A DNA stretch of 64,000 nucleotides from Vicinamibacterales bacterium (GTDB taxonomy: Bacteria > Acidobacteriota > Vicinamibacteria > Vicinamibacterales > JAMQPK01), in the NCBI GenBank assembly GCA_963821375.1, contig CAWGDN010000007.1, positions 47,306 to 111,305 on the forward strand. Reading direction: 5' to 3'. The notes below the pieces were generated by a model. That model was not told the DNA's origin and made no database searches. It was given only the letters and a program-made list of their open reading frames with translations. A program made the translations under genes and the position numbers. Of the stretch, positions 19,653 through 29,758 are shown piece by piece; the first letter of the stretch is position 1; each line of letters begins with the position of its first letter.

Positions 19653-19928
19653 ATGCGCAGAGTGGAGGCGCAGATCGTGCGAGTTGTGACCATGCGGCAT
19701 CCACCATCGGCAGCCGACGGCTTCGCTGCTGACGAGGACGAAATAGGAACGGTCTACGAAGTCTCGCCTCAGTTGGCGATCATGCTGATCGCGGCGGGGT
19801 GGGCGCGGCACGAGACGCGGGCCGTCCCGCGCAGGCTCCTCGACACCGCCTCGGGATTCGACAGACGGCACCGCGCGGATCGCCGCAGTCCGTCGCGAGC
19901 TACTCCACCGAAGCGAAGTCCACGCTGA
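19653..19928 (+). CDS. Possible small ORF, function unknown (a start at 19692 is also possible)
   Basis: Only an open frame with moderate third-position GC. No motif recognised. It would overlap the 3' end of the convergent gene by 29 nt. Confidence 0.25.
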   Translation: MRRVEAQIVRVVTMRHPPSAADGFAADEDEIGTVYEVSPQLAIMLIAAGWARHETRAVPRRLLDTASGFDRRHRADRRSPSRATPPKRSPR

Positions 19929-20496
19929 AGCGCGTCAGCTCTTTGCCGTCCATCACGATCCGCACGGGAAGGAGGCGACCTTCGATTGATCGCGCGTTGA
20001 ACCAGGCTTCGACGATCTCGCCTGTCAGGCGCGGCGGTTCTGCGCCGTTCATGATCGCCTCGCGCCGGACATCGACGGCGAGATACGAGGGTTCCCCAAC
20101 GAGGATGTCGATCATGGGAAGGAAAGGATAGGCGTGAAGCGGGTGAAAACGGGCGCGCAGCCTGATGGAGGTCTGCCCCTGCCACTTCCGGAGGATGTCT
20201 CGCAGCGTCTGTCCCTTCGCGTCGTACCCGCCCCGCGCGAAGCCCCAATGCCCCAGAGCCAGTTCCGCCTCTGAAGCCATCACGAAGCGGCGCAGCTCAG
20301 TGACGACCTCGACGCGCTCCAGTACCGGATGCGAGACCTCCAGCACGTACGGGGCGTGAAATTTGGCATTCACGGCCTTCTGACTGGTCGCAATCTCCAC
20401 AGCTCGCCGAAAGTCGTCGTTGTCGACATCGGTATCGATGGCGACCAGCCGCGACGCCGTCAACCAACACAGGAGCGCGCAGAGATCAGCGCGCAT
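19900..20496 (-). CDS. Hypothetical protein with hydrophobic N-terminus
   Basis: Start taken at internal ATG 20496 (MRADLCALLCWL...). No family recognised. Confidence 0.45.
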   Translation of the reverse strand: MRADLCALLCWLTASRLVAIDTDVDNDDFRRAVEIATSQKAVNAKFHAPYVLEVSHPVLERVEVVTELRRFVMASEAELALGHWGFARGGYDAKGQTLRDILRKWQGQTSIRLRARFHPLHAYPFLPMIDILVGEPSYLAVDVRREAIMNGAEPPRLTGEIVEAWFNARSIEGRLLPVRIVMDGKELTRFSVDFASVE

Positions 20497-20515
20497 TCGT
20501 GGCACACTACGGCCT

Positions 20516-20788
20516 ATGGGCTCTGTCGTGAGACGGTTCGTTGCACCAGTGCTGGCGAGGCTGGGTTCGCGGACGATCGTCGCCGTGGGCGGCACGCTGT
20601 TTCTGCTCAACCTGTTGGTTCCCGATCCGCTTCCGTTCATTGACGAGCTGCTCATCCTGGCAGGCACCGTTCTGCTGTCTCGCTGGGCCAGCGACGCCGC
20701 TGCGCCGGCTGGGACCGAGGCCCCCCGGGCGGCAGCCAGACCTGGCGAGCCCAAGCATGTAGGCCGCGGGTCGACTCAGGCGCGGTAG
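20516..20788 (+). CDS. Small membrane protein (hypothetical)
   Basis: Internal ATG 20516. Has a hydrophobic hairpin TIVAVGGTLFLLNLLVPDPLPFIDELLILAGTVLL. Confidence 0.45.
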   Translation: MGSVVRRFVAPVLARLGSRTIVAVGGTLFLLNLLVPDPLPFIDELLILAGTVLLSRWASDAAAPAGTEAPRAAARPGEPKHVGRGSTQAR

Positions 20789-20804
20789 TCGCGGGCGCGC
20801 GCCC

Positions 20805-21005
20805 TCAGTGGATGGTCTTGAGGCTCGAGCCCAGCAGCAGCGCTGCCTCGTCGTCGCTCGCCGGCCAGCGTGTCTCGCAATCGACGCACTGCCAGGTCAC
20901 CTCGAACTGCGCGTCGATCAGCACGACGGCCTCGGGACAACGGCACCGCGGGCAGATCGCCCGATGCTTGTCGAGCACCTCAGTGAACGCCAGGCGTCTC
21001 TGCAT
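20805..21005 (-). CDS. Small zinc-ribbon protein (CPRC...CVDC)
   Basis: 66-aa ORF with two CxxC pairs, 6 nt downstream of the coiled-coil gene. Confidence 0.5.
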   Translation of the reverse strand: MQRRLAFTEVLDKHRAICPRCRCPEAVVLIDAQFEVTWQCVDCETRWPASDDEAALLLGSSLKTIH

Positions 21006-21011
21006 CCGCCG

Positions 21012-21542
21012 CTACTCCTTGAACTCTCCGGCTGGCTTGAGCTGATCCTCGTGCGCGCGCACGATCTCGCGCGCAAGCGACTGCGCTCGGCCAGCGGCTT
21101 CGCGAAGGCCGTGGATCACTTGCCGCTGCTCGTCGATCTCGGCGGTCATGTCGCGCTTGTGCGAGGCCGATTCTTCGAGCATCCGCTCGAAGGACTTGCG
21201 TTCTTCCGCACGCTCGTGCGCCACCCGCTGCTGATGTGCGTCGCTTTCGCGCAGCGTCTCCGCCAGCCGCTCTCGTTCGGCCATGGCGCGCTGGAGCTCC
21301 TGCTCCAGGCCTTCGGTACGCGATTGAAACTGGTCGCGCTCGGTCGTCGCCTGCTGAAGCCGCGAGCGCATCTCGTGGAGGTGCGCGCGCCCCTGCTTCA
21401 GCAGCTGCTCGAGGTTCTGCTGCGTGGCCAGCAGGGCCTGGAGCGAGCCGATTTGCTGTGAGGCTGCTTCCAGCGTCTTCTTCAGCCCCACCAGCTGCTG
21501 ACCAGCTTCGGCTGTCGTGTTTTCTTCTGCAGGTGCACTCAT
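21012..21542 (-). CDS. Coiled-coil protein, function unknown
   Basis: 176-aa ORF rich in Q/E/R/L heptad-like sequence, with an AAGGAAG RBS upstream. Confidence 0.55.
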   Translation of the reverse strand: MSAPAEENTTAEAGQQLVGLKKTLEAASQQIGSLQALLATQQNLEQLLKQGRAHLHEMRSRLQQATTERDQFQSRTEGLEQELQRAMAERERLAETLRESDAHQQRVAHERAEERKSFERMLEESASHKRDMTAEIDEQRQVIHGLREAAGRAQSLAREIVRAHEDQLKPAGEFKE

Positions 21543-21678
21543 TCGGGGGTTCTTCCTTCTCCTTTCCGTTTATCGTCTGTCGCCGTACGGGGCTACAGGG
21601 GTCTGGCATTTCCCCAGGGGAGGTGCCATACTTCCGCACGTTTTCACGATATTTGAACGGGTTTCAGCAGGAGGAGTG

Positions 21679-22716
21679 ATGATCCAGCGAGTTGCGTTTG
21701 CCGCTCTTGCACTAGCGAGCCTCACGATCGGCATGTACGCCCAGGGCGCGGGAGCCCAGAATCCGCAGGCGCCATCGGCGGGCGCGCTCGGAAACCTGAC
21801 GACGGGAGCGTGGGGAGTCAAACCCCTGGTGCCGGATGCGCGCGGGTGGGGTTGGATGACGAAGTCATATGTGAACCCTGCCACGCCGCGGCCCTTCTAC
21901 AACCAGGCCAAGGAAAAGCTGTTTCAGGACAAACAGGTCACCGGCTACACCATCTCGGCGTTCGACCCGGCGTTCTACTGTGAGGTCCGCAAGCACTGGG
22001 ACTACATCTGGTTCGAGATGCAGCACAGCACGCTCTCGTGGGATGAGATCAAGCGGATGATGCAGGCGTGCCCGGGCCCGGGCGGCGCCGCGCCGATGAT
22101 CCGCATGCCGGATGCGCTCGAAGCGAACATCCAGAAAGCCGGCGACATGGGCGTGCTCGGCATCATCGTTCCGACGGTGGACGATGCACTCGAAGCGCGC
22201 GATGCGGCACGATTCTCACGCTATCCGCCGTTCGGCCGACGTAGCTGCTGCGCCGCCGTCGCCAATCAGCTCTGGCCGAAAGTGCAGGGCGGCTACCGCC
22301 AGACGATCAACGACAACTTCATTGTCGCGGTGATGATCGAGACGCTGGAAGGCATCAACAACGCCGACGAGATCGCCAACACCTTTGGGCTCGACCTGGT
22401 CATCCAGGGCAATAACGACCTGTCTCAGTTTTCGGGCTGGAACCAGAACGACGAGCGTTATCAGCAACTGCTGACGATCAGCCACAACGCCACACTGCGC
22501 GCGGGCAAGTACTGGGGCAATGCTGGCCAGGGATATCTGACGGGCAATCCGCTCAGCCCTGCTACCCGCTTCGTGCAGAACGGTCCGTCGCACGACGGCT
22601 GGAAGGTGCCAGCGCGTACCGGCGGCCCGTCGCAGGAAGCTGAGCTGCCCTTCGGCGTGTCTGGGAGCGACGGTCCGGGCGGACGCCGCGGCGGCGGCGC
22701 AGCGCCGCCGAAGTAA
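21679..22716 (+). CDS. HpcH/HpaI-family aldolase with N-terminal signal peptide
   Basis: ATG 21679 follows GGAGGAG. Signal-like N-terminus MIQRVAFAALALASLTIGMYAQGAGAQ. Family blocks are WFEMQHS, GIIVPTVDDALEARDAARFSRYPPFGRRS and VMIETLEG. Confidence 0.7.
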   Translation: MIQRVAFAALALASLTIGMYAQGAGAQNPQAPSAGALGNLTTGAWGVKPLVPDARGWGWMTKSYVNPATPRPFYNQAKEKLFQDKQVTGYTISAFDPAFYCEVRKHWDYIWFEMQHSTLSWDEIKRMMQACPGPGGAAPMIRMPDALEANIQKAGDMGVLGIIVPTVDDALEARDAARFSRYPPFGRRSCCAAVANQLWPKVQGGYRQTINDNFIVAVMIETLEGINNADEIANTFGLDLVIQGNNDLSQFSGWNQNDERYQQLLTISHNATLRAGKYWGNAGQGYLTGNPLSPATRFVQNGPSHDGWKVPARTGGPSQEAELPFGVSGSDGPGGRRGGGAAPPK

Positions 22717-22814
22717 TCGTCAGGCCCCAGGCTTCGGACTCCAGGCTTCAGGCCGGTCAAGCCATCGCACGTGATAGGCCTGACGCCTGTAGTCTGGAGC
22801 CGGAAGCCCGACGA
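22717..22814. terminator. Stop-to-stop imperfect palindrome built from 7-nt units (arms 22717-22754 and 22777-22814); candidate bidirectional terminator
   Basis: Read directly. The left arm is tcgtcaggccccaggcttcggactccaggcttcaggcc. The reverse complement of the right arm is tcgtcgggcttccggctccagactacaggcgtcaggcc. Confidence 0.5.
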
Positions 22815-23899
22815 TCACTTCCCCCGCTCGAGACGCTGCTTGGTCGATCGCAGGCTCGTCAACGTGCCCTCCCGCACTTCGCTCTGCACGCGGCGCCTGA
22901 CGAAGAGCCCCGTGAAGCCGCTCAGACCATCGGATCGGCTCCGGTTGACGTTGACGAACCAGAATCCCGCTCCTCGCGCGCGATCGGGAATCAGGACTCT
23001 CAGCTCGAGCCCGGTCCAGAAATAGTGAGTGGCATACAGCATCTTCGACGCGACGACGGTTTCTTCGAGACCCGGCACAATCGTCAAGTGACTGATGCGG
23101 ATCGTCGGCTTGAGTCCAAAGCTGGTCTCCTGCCAGTAGAACATCGACGTGGAGTCGGCAAGCTGCGCGCGCGGGTATCGAGCAAGTATCGCCGGAGGGT
23201 GGGCATGCGGGTGGTGAGCTCCGGCATCTCGTTCGTCAGCGCCCGAAACTCTTGGGCGACGAAGGTCGGCCGTGAGCCGTCCCGATAGACCGCCAACCGA
23301 TCGTTTCCGCCCTCGAGGTAGCCCCTGACGTAATCGTGCACGACCTGCCGCATCAGCGCATTGGCGGCCGGGTGCGCACCCGGCGCACTCCAGTCGATCT
23401 CGTTGCGGAACCGGCGAAGAGCCTGCTCGCCGAGCTTGACTTCGCAATTCCCGACACGGCACGTTCGGAGATCTTCCAGGTCTTCTTCTGGCAAGCGCAG
23501 CTCTGCGAAATCGTCGAGCCGCGGCGGCGATGCGATACGGCGCGTGATGCGAAAGCTCCGGCCTTGTTCGAAGCGCTCGATGTCTTTCACCGCTTCGACG
23601 TACCGCGCGGCCGGTGCGTCGATCCAGATGGCGCCAAATACCGCGACCTCCTTCGAACCGTCTGTCTCGAGCAAGCGCGCGACGGGCTCTCCCTGCAACA
23701 GCCGGCGTCGATCGGCCGCAGGCAAACGGACGACGGTCGCGAGGTAGCTTTCGAGTTTCTGGGGCAGGCTCGCCGGTACCTGCGACGACTGCAAGACGAC
23801 GCAGCAAAAGCCGAGCACGACGAGGAGAGAGGAAACGCCGCGCACCTGATCTAAGGGAAGCACCATTGACGCTGCGATGCAACTGCGATGTGATCTCAC
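22815..23899 (-). CDS. Secreted hypothetical protein (1 frame change near 23150)
   Basis: ORF 23084-23899 gives the N-terminal 3/4 with a hydrophobic leader. It continues colinearly in the frame of ORF 22815-23909 (MFYWQETSFGLKPTIRISHL...). Confidence 0.45.
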
Positions 23900-23911
23900 C
23901 AGAGGTCACCC

Positions 23912-24862
23912 ATGTCCAGGCGACAAGAACCTGTCTCTACTGAGGAGTGCACCGCGCTTGGCGCGATCGGCCAGACGCTGGAGTCGTATCCCAACAGGGA
24001 GTTGGCGCTTGGAGGGCTGCCCGTCTCGCGCGCCCTTCCCGTCCGCGACCGACGCATGGTCGGCCCCTGGTGCTTCCTCGATCGCTTCGGCCCGCTCACG
24101 TTCAATGAGGGAAAGCCGATGGACGTCGCGCCGCACCCGCACATCGGCCTGCAGACCGTGACGTGGCTCCTCGACGGCGAAGTGATCCACGACGATAGCC
24201 TTGGCTTCGAAGGGTTGCTCCGCCCGGGAGGCGTGAACGTGATGACCTCCGGCGACGGCATCGCGCATGCGGAGCAGACGCCGCGCCACCACACTGGCCG
24301 CCTGAACGGCGTGCAGCTTTGGGTCGCGCTCCCTGACGCGCACCGACACACGGCTGCGGCATTCGAGCACGTCGAACGTGTGCCTTTCGTCGAGCACGCA
24401 GGCGGCATCGTCCATGTTATCGGCGGCGAGGTCGATCACGCCTCCGCGGGCACGCGTCACTACTCCGACCTCGTCGGGGCCGATCTCGCGATTCATCCTC
24501 GGCACGCGTTGGAGATCCCGCTCCGTAACAATTTCGAGCACGCGGTGCTGGTGTTGAGCGGCGACTGCGCGCTCGAAGGCAATCGCCTCGAGCCACGCAT
24601 GCTCTACTACCTGGGGACGAGACGCTCCGCCGCCAGTTTTTCGTCAATTGAGGGGGCACGGGTGCTGCTGATCGGCGGGCCGCCATTCGACGGGACCATC
24701 CTCATGTGGTGGAACTTCGTCGCCAGAACGCCGGAGGAAATCGCGGCGGCGCGCGAAGACTGGGAGAACCGGCGCCGATTTGGCGAGGTGGCGGCTTACA
24801 AGGGACCGCGTCTCAGCGCGCCGGATCTGAGTCGCTTCGCGAGGGCGAATGCGGTGAGCTGA
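23912..24862 (+). CDS. Pirin family protein
   Basis: 316-aa ORF with bicupin pirin motifs (VGPWCFLDRFGP, PHPHIGLQTVTWLLDGEV.H.DS.G). Confidence 0.85.
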   Translation: MSRRQEPVSTEECTALGAIGQTLESYPNRELALGGLPVSRALPVRDRRMVGPWCFLDRFGPLTFNEGKPMDVAPHPHIGLQTVTWLLDGEVIHDDSLGFEGLLRPGGVNVMTSGDGIAHAEQTPRHHTGRLNGVQLWVALPDAHRHTAAAFEHVERVPFVEHAGGIVHVIGGEVDHASAGTRHYSDLVGADLAIHPRHALEIPLRNNFEHAVLVLSGDCALEGNRLEPRMLYYLGTRRSAASFSSIEGARVLLIGGPPFDGTILMWWNFVARTPEEIAAAREDWENRRRFGEVAAYKGPRLSAPDLSRFARANAVS

Positions 24863-24957
24863 GGGCTGGCTTCAGGCTTCGGACCTGCTACGCCGTCGAC
24901 TGCTGAGGCGTCCCAAGCGAGCCTAGAGCCTGCAGCCCGAAGCCTGGAGCCCGTTGG
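24863..24957. terminator. Stop-to-stop block of 7-nt units (CTTCAGG/CTTCGGA on the left; GAGCCTA GAGCCTG CAGCCCG AAGCCTG GAGCCCG on the right) forming nested imperfect hairpins
   Basis: Read directly. It fills the gap between convergent pirin and a membrane-protein gene. Confidence 0.5.
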
Positions 24958-25509
24958 CTACCTTCCAACGATGCAGTCCGCGAGCCATCCAAGCGCTTCG
25001 CCTGGAGCACAGCCTGCCGGCCGGTAAAACGTGATCATGCGGCCGCAGATGATCACGCCGATCCAGAGCGCCAGCGAGATAGCGCCGCTCGCCCTTGCGA
25101 ACCGTGGTGTCGGCTCGTTGGGGTCCAGCGACGCTACCCTTCGGAAGACGACGAGATAGAAGACAGCCACGTTCGCTCCTGCGAGCAGCAACCACAGCAT
25201 CTTCAGATGAAAAGCAGGGTTGTAGACGTACTGATCCGGATCCGTCATCAGGAAGAGTGAACCGGTCGCGGCGTTGATGAGAAAACCAGCCACCGCAAAC
25301 GGCACGAGTCGATGAAATGCCAGCACCGGCACTCCCTTTAGAAACCCGATCAACCGGAGATCCCAGACGGCAATCGATCCAAGAAGGAGGGTCAGTCCGA
25401 TGAAGTGGCCGCTCTCGGCGGCCGGCCACGCCCATCGCAGTTGCATGGCAGCCGAGACCGGCTTCGCACTCGCGAGAACCGACTCCAGCCACACCTGAAA
25501 CGGAATCAT
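24958..25509 (-). CDS. Polytopic membrane protein, paralog 1 of a tandem pair
   Basis: Internal ATG 25509 (ATGA overlap with the upstream stop). Shares WLES, H.IGL.LL.G, DLR..GF..G.P, GF.IN, NP.F.LKM and GR blocks with the neighbouring gene. Confidence 0.55.
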   Translation of the reverse strand: MIPFQVWLESVLASAKPVSAAMQLRWAWPAAESGHFIGLTLLLGSIAVWDLRLIGFLKGVPVLAFHRLVPFAVAGFLINAATGSLFLMTDPDQYVYNPAFHLKMLWLLLAGANVAVFYLVVFRRVASLDPNEPTPRFARASGAISLALWIGVIICGRMITFYRPAGCAPGEALGWLADCIVGR

Positions 25510-26048
25510 GTGCAGCGCAACGTCACAGTGAGACGTGTGCAGGTGTACGCAAGAAGGCGTCCTGCGGTAATCGCCGCAGCCCACAGCAGCAGCGAGGCGG
25601 CTGCCAGTGCCTTCGTTCGAGACGACTCCCCTGCTCCATCTTCCGCCTGTCGCAACACGGCTTGCATCACGACCATCGCGGCCGCGATGAAACCCATCTT
25701 CAGATAGAACACCGGGTTCGTGAACGCCTTGGTGGGATAGGCCATCAGCAGCGCGATGCCGGACAGCACGTTAATCCAAAAGCCCGCCCACATAATCGGC
25801 CGCAAGCGGACGAACGTGGCCGGCGGAATGCCGCGGGCAAATCCGAGGATCCGCAGATCGAGCGCGCCGTTCACGCCAGCGAGCAGCGCGAGGCCGATCG
25901 TGTGCGCCGCAAGGATTCCTGGAAATGCGAACAGCGACGGCGATTCGACAATCCACGTATGAATCGACGTCGATTCAAGCCACGCAAAGAACGGATCAAA
26001 CACGTCAGTCGAAAGTCTACAGCCGGAGCCTGTAGCCACGCGCAGCAT
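25506..26048 (-). CDS. Polytopic membrane protein, paralog 2 of a tandem pair
   Basis: See paralog 1. The start at ATG 26048 is tentative. Confidence 0.55.
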   Translation of the reverse strand: MLRVATGSGCRLSTDVFDPFFAWLESTSIHTWIVESPSLFAFPGILAAHTIGLALLAGVNGALDLRILGFARGIPPATFVRLRPIMWAGFWINVLSGIALLMAYPTKAFTNPVFYLKMGFIAAAMVVMQAVLRQAEDGAGESSRTKALAAASLLLWAAAITAGRLLAYTCTRLTVTLRCT

Positions 26049-26330
26049 CTTCCTGCTCCCAAGCCTCCTACAGTTCGATCTGTCGTTCACCCCCGCGCCA
26101 GACTCAGGCACTTCGATGAATTGCCGTCAGAAGTGCGCGATCGATTCGCCGGCGCTCTTGTTGCCTCTCTGACCCGGGAAGAACTACTTCGTGCGCTGGG
26201 CGCCGCGATTGACGGGCTTCTCGAAGAATCGGCCAGGCACCCGGGACTCGCCAACAAGGTTGAGGGCCAGCTGCGCGAGCTCAAGGCGTCGTCTCTGAGT
26301 TAGCGGCACGACCCGGCGCATCGTCTGGCG

Positions 26331-29300
26331 TCAGAACGAGAACTTCACGGCCAACTGCACGACCCGTGGATCGAGCGCGGACGTGATGGTCCCGAAGTTC
26401 GCCGCGCCCTGTGTCGCCGCCGGTGCGCCGTAATTGACGGTGTTCAAGAGATTGAACACCTCCCCGCGAAGTTCGACTGTTCGCTCCTGCCCCAGTCGGA
26501 TGAGCCGCATCAGCGCGAGATCGACATCGCGGTACGACGGTCCGCGCACCGGATTGCGCGATGCAGTGCCGATTTGGAACTGGTCGCGGTCGCGAACGCC
26601 GCTGTGTTGAACCAACGGGCCGGTGTCCGCTCGTCGGCGGGCAGCTCGGGGTCCCCTACCAGGTTCGGCCGCTGGGTCGTGAAGCCGGGCGTACCCGAGC
26701 GAATTGGCCTGCGTCACCGCGACCGGAACGCCCGACTGCAATGTCACCACCGAAGCAAGGCTCCAATCGCTCGCAAGCCCACCCAAAAGGCCGCCTGGCT
26801 CCTTCGCACGCCCCATGCCGACCGGCACATCCCACACGAGCGATGCGCCGAAATAGTGCGGGATGTCGCCTGTCGAGTAGTCGTAGTCGCGATCGAGGTT
26901 GTAGCTGTCGGCGACGGCCGCGTTGGTCAACGGCCCGGTGAGAATCGACGCGTCGAAAACCGATGACGCGGTGTCTTTCAACGTCGATCGCGTATAGGCA
27001 GCCGAATACGTCAGCCCACGCGATAGCCGCTGACGGATGCTCAGCGCAATGGCCTGATACCGGGTGACGCCGACGTTGTTTCGATAGAAGCTGACGGCCG
27101 TGTATTCCGGAAAGGGTTTTAGCGATTGCGCAACCGTGATGGTCGGGATCGCCGATCGAGGACGAGCGTGGAATGATCCCGAAGTACGGATTCGGCACGC
27201 GCTGGAGCAGTGCCGGGCCCATGTGCAGCTGCTCTTCGGTCAGTTGATTGATGTTGCTGTCCGGGATGCCGACGTTGGTGATCTTCGATCCGAGATACGA
27301 CACCTCTACGACCGTGTTCGACGTCAGCTCGCGCTGCACCGACACGTTCCATTGCTGTGCGCGGCCTGATCCGAGGTCGGCGTCGACCGTGAACACGCCC
27401 TGCCCGAGGCCCGCGTTCGGCGTCGGAGCGACCGGCGTCACCGTCGGTCCCTTCGCCAGAACAAAGGCTGGAGCAATGTTGTCGAGCGTTCGCAGCGTGG
27501 CTTCCTGGAGGAACGGGAACGTCGGCGTCGTGAACGGAGTGGTGATGCCGGCCATTTCGATCCACACCATTCCGTATCCCGAACTGACGATCGTCTTGTC
27601 GGTGACGCGATAGACGGCCCCAATGCGAGGACCGAAATTGTTCTTCTTGAGAGGCCGCACCGGCTCGTCGCCGGGATAGTCGAGTTGCCGGGTCTGGAGA
27701 TTGAGCACGGCGGTCTGACCGTTGATCTCTGTCGAAGGGAAGTTGAGCGTGTAGCGCAGGCCTGGATTGACGGTCAGGCGGTCGGAGACCTTCCAGTCGT
27801 CCTGAATGAAGTACTCCTGAATCCGCGCGCGTTCCTGGATTTCCGACTCCTGATACGCAATCGAGAAGTTCTGCACCTGACCGAGCAAGAAACTTGCGAG
27901 CGCGTTGCCGGTGCCCGTGACGCCGGGCAAGTCGCTGCCGACTGTACCTGAAGGTGAAGTTCCCGGTGGGAAACGGCGGTTGGACGACATTGAGCCGCTC
28001 CCAGCGCCAGTCGAAACCCATCTTGAGCGCGTGTCGCCCTTTGAGCCAGGTCAACGAGTCGGCGATCTGTGTCACGCTGGTTTTGAAATTCGACGCCGTG
28101 CTCTGCGGCGACCCAAGTTGCTGATACCCGCTCGGCGCGAATGTAGGCAGCGTGTTGGGAAAGTTCACGTTCGGGGGGATTCCAGGAATGTTCAGCGTCT
28201 GCCCGGCCGGCCCCGGCAACTGGGTGGCCGTTCGGTCCACCGCGCGGCGCGTGTCGCCGATCCGAAACTCATTCAACAGGTTGCCCGAGAAGGTGTGCTG
28301 ATAATTCGAGGCGAAGGACCAGGCGCTGGTCTTCTGGGGCCCGATAGCCACGCTTCCAGCAGGAATGGCGCCGCTTCCATCAGGAAGCGCCGTGACCGGC
28401 ACGGCGGTGTCGACGAAATGCGCCAGGCGCCCAAACACCTGGTCTCGGCCCGGCACAAGCCTGTGGTCGAGACGCACTGTGCCTTGATCCTGATCGTTGA
28501 TTTCGTTGGCGGTGCCGCTGTAGTTGTTCGCTGTCCCGGCGGCGGTCGGCGCGGGGTAGCGTTCGAGCAGCGCGAGCGCGACGGAATCCATCGCGCTCCT
28601 TGGAATCGTGTTCCCCGGAAACGGCGACCGGGTCGAACCGACTGTTGTCGAGGGATCGTAGATGACCGGCACCCGCCCTGCGATCGCTTCCGTGAAGGTC
28701 CCCTGGCGCTGCAGCACGGTTGGAACGGTCGACGTGACGGTGCGACCAATCTCCTGCCTCTGTCCCTGGTAGTCCACGAAGAAAAATGTTCGATCCCTCA
28801 CAAGGGGCCCGCCGAGCACACCGCCGTACTGGTTACGGCGATACTCCGGCTTTGTCGGATTGGCCTGCTGAAAGTAGTTGCGGGCGTTGAGATGCTCGTT
28901 CCGGAAGAAGCCGAACACGCTGCCGCGAAACGCGTTGGTGCCCGATTTAGTGGTGAGATTCACCACTCCGCCGTTGAAGCGTCCGAATTCGGCAGCCGGA
29001 CTGTTGCTTTCGATCTTGAACTCCTGGATGGAATCAATCACGGGGTAGTACGCGACCTGACCCGGCTCGGGCTGCAGGACCGAGATGCCGTCGAACAAAT
29101 ACTCGTTGGTGCGAGGCCTGCCTCCGTTGATCCGCGGCAGGAGCGAATTCGGCGGCAGGGCGACGCCCGGAACGATAGTCGTAAGCGTGATAAAGAGGCG
29201 GCCGTTCAGCGGCAGCTGCACGACCTGCTCGTTCTCGACGACCGTCCCGAGACTCGCGGTCTCGGTTCGTACGATCGACGAGTCCGCCACGACCGTCACC

Positions 29301-29668
29301 TGTTCTTGAAGCGTCCCGACCTCCAAATCGAAATCGATGCGGGTCTTCTCTCCGGTCGCAAGACGGATGCCCGAGCGGCGCACGGACTTGAACCCAGTGA
29401 GCTCGAGGTCGAGGCGGTACTCCCCCGGCGCCAGACTCGGCACGGTGTAGAGACCTTCGCCGGTCGAGACGACGACCCGCTGGAAATTCGTCCGTGTTTC
29501 GGTCGCAGTGATCGTCGCGCCGGGAACGGCGGCGCCGGCCTGGTCTCGAATCAGGCCGGTGATTTCGCCGGTGCCCGTCTGTGCATGGGCGGGCGTCACG
29601 AGGTCGCCGCAGATGTACGCCGCAGTCGATAGAGCCCCAAACAAGACGTACCGAGCCACTCGGATCAT
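26331..29668 (-). CDS. TonB-dependent receptor with N-terminal carboxypeptidase-regulatory-like domain (needs at least 3 frame changes)
   Basis: ORF 27119-29704 holds the signal peptide, CarboxypepD_reg-like domain (GEYRLDLELTGFKS), plug and first barrel strands. The barrel continues in 26656-27990 and 26331-26981 and ends ...VVQLAVKFSF. Confidence 0.8.
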
Positions 29669-29698
29669 CCGCGGGACTATATAGTGGCCGTAATCGTC

Positions 29699-29716
29699 AT
29701 TCAACTCGACTTGAAT
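29699..29716. promoter_or_regulatory. Candidate operator: ATTCAA-n6-TTGAAT in the 90-nt divergent TBDR/modA promoter region
   Basis: Perfect 6-bp inverted repeat read directly in the most AT-rich stretch of the window. Its function is inferred only from position. Confidence 0.25.
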
Positions 29717-29758
29717 CGACTATTACAATCCATTCACTTTCTGATATCCTGCAGAGGC

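Noticed and set aside
26087-26303. Possible roughly 60-aa plus-strand ORF (…FDELPSEVRDRFAGALVASLTREELLRALGAAIDGLLEE…) in the 282-nt gap between the membrane-protein pair and the TonB receptor
   Set aside because: It has no ATG start. Its third-position GC (about 67% by my count) is lower than in confident genes, and I recognise no family. It is left unannotated, but it could be re-examined with comparative data.
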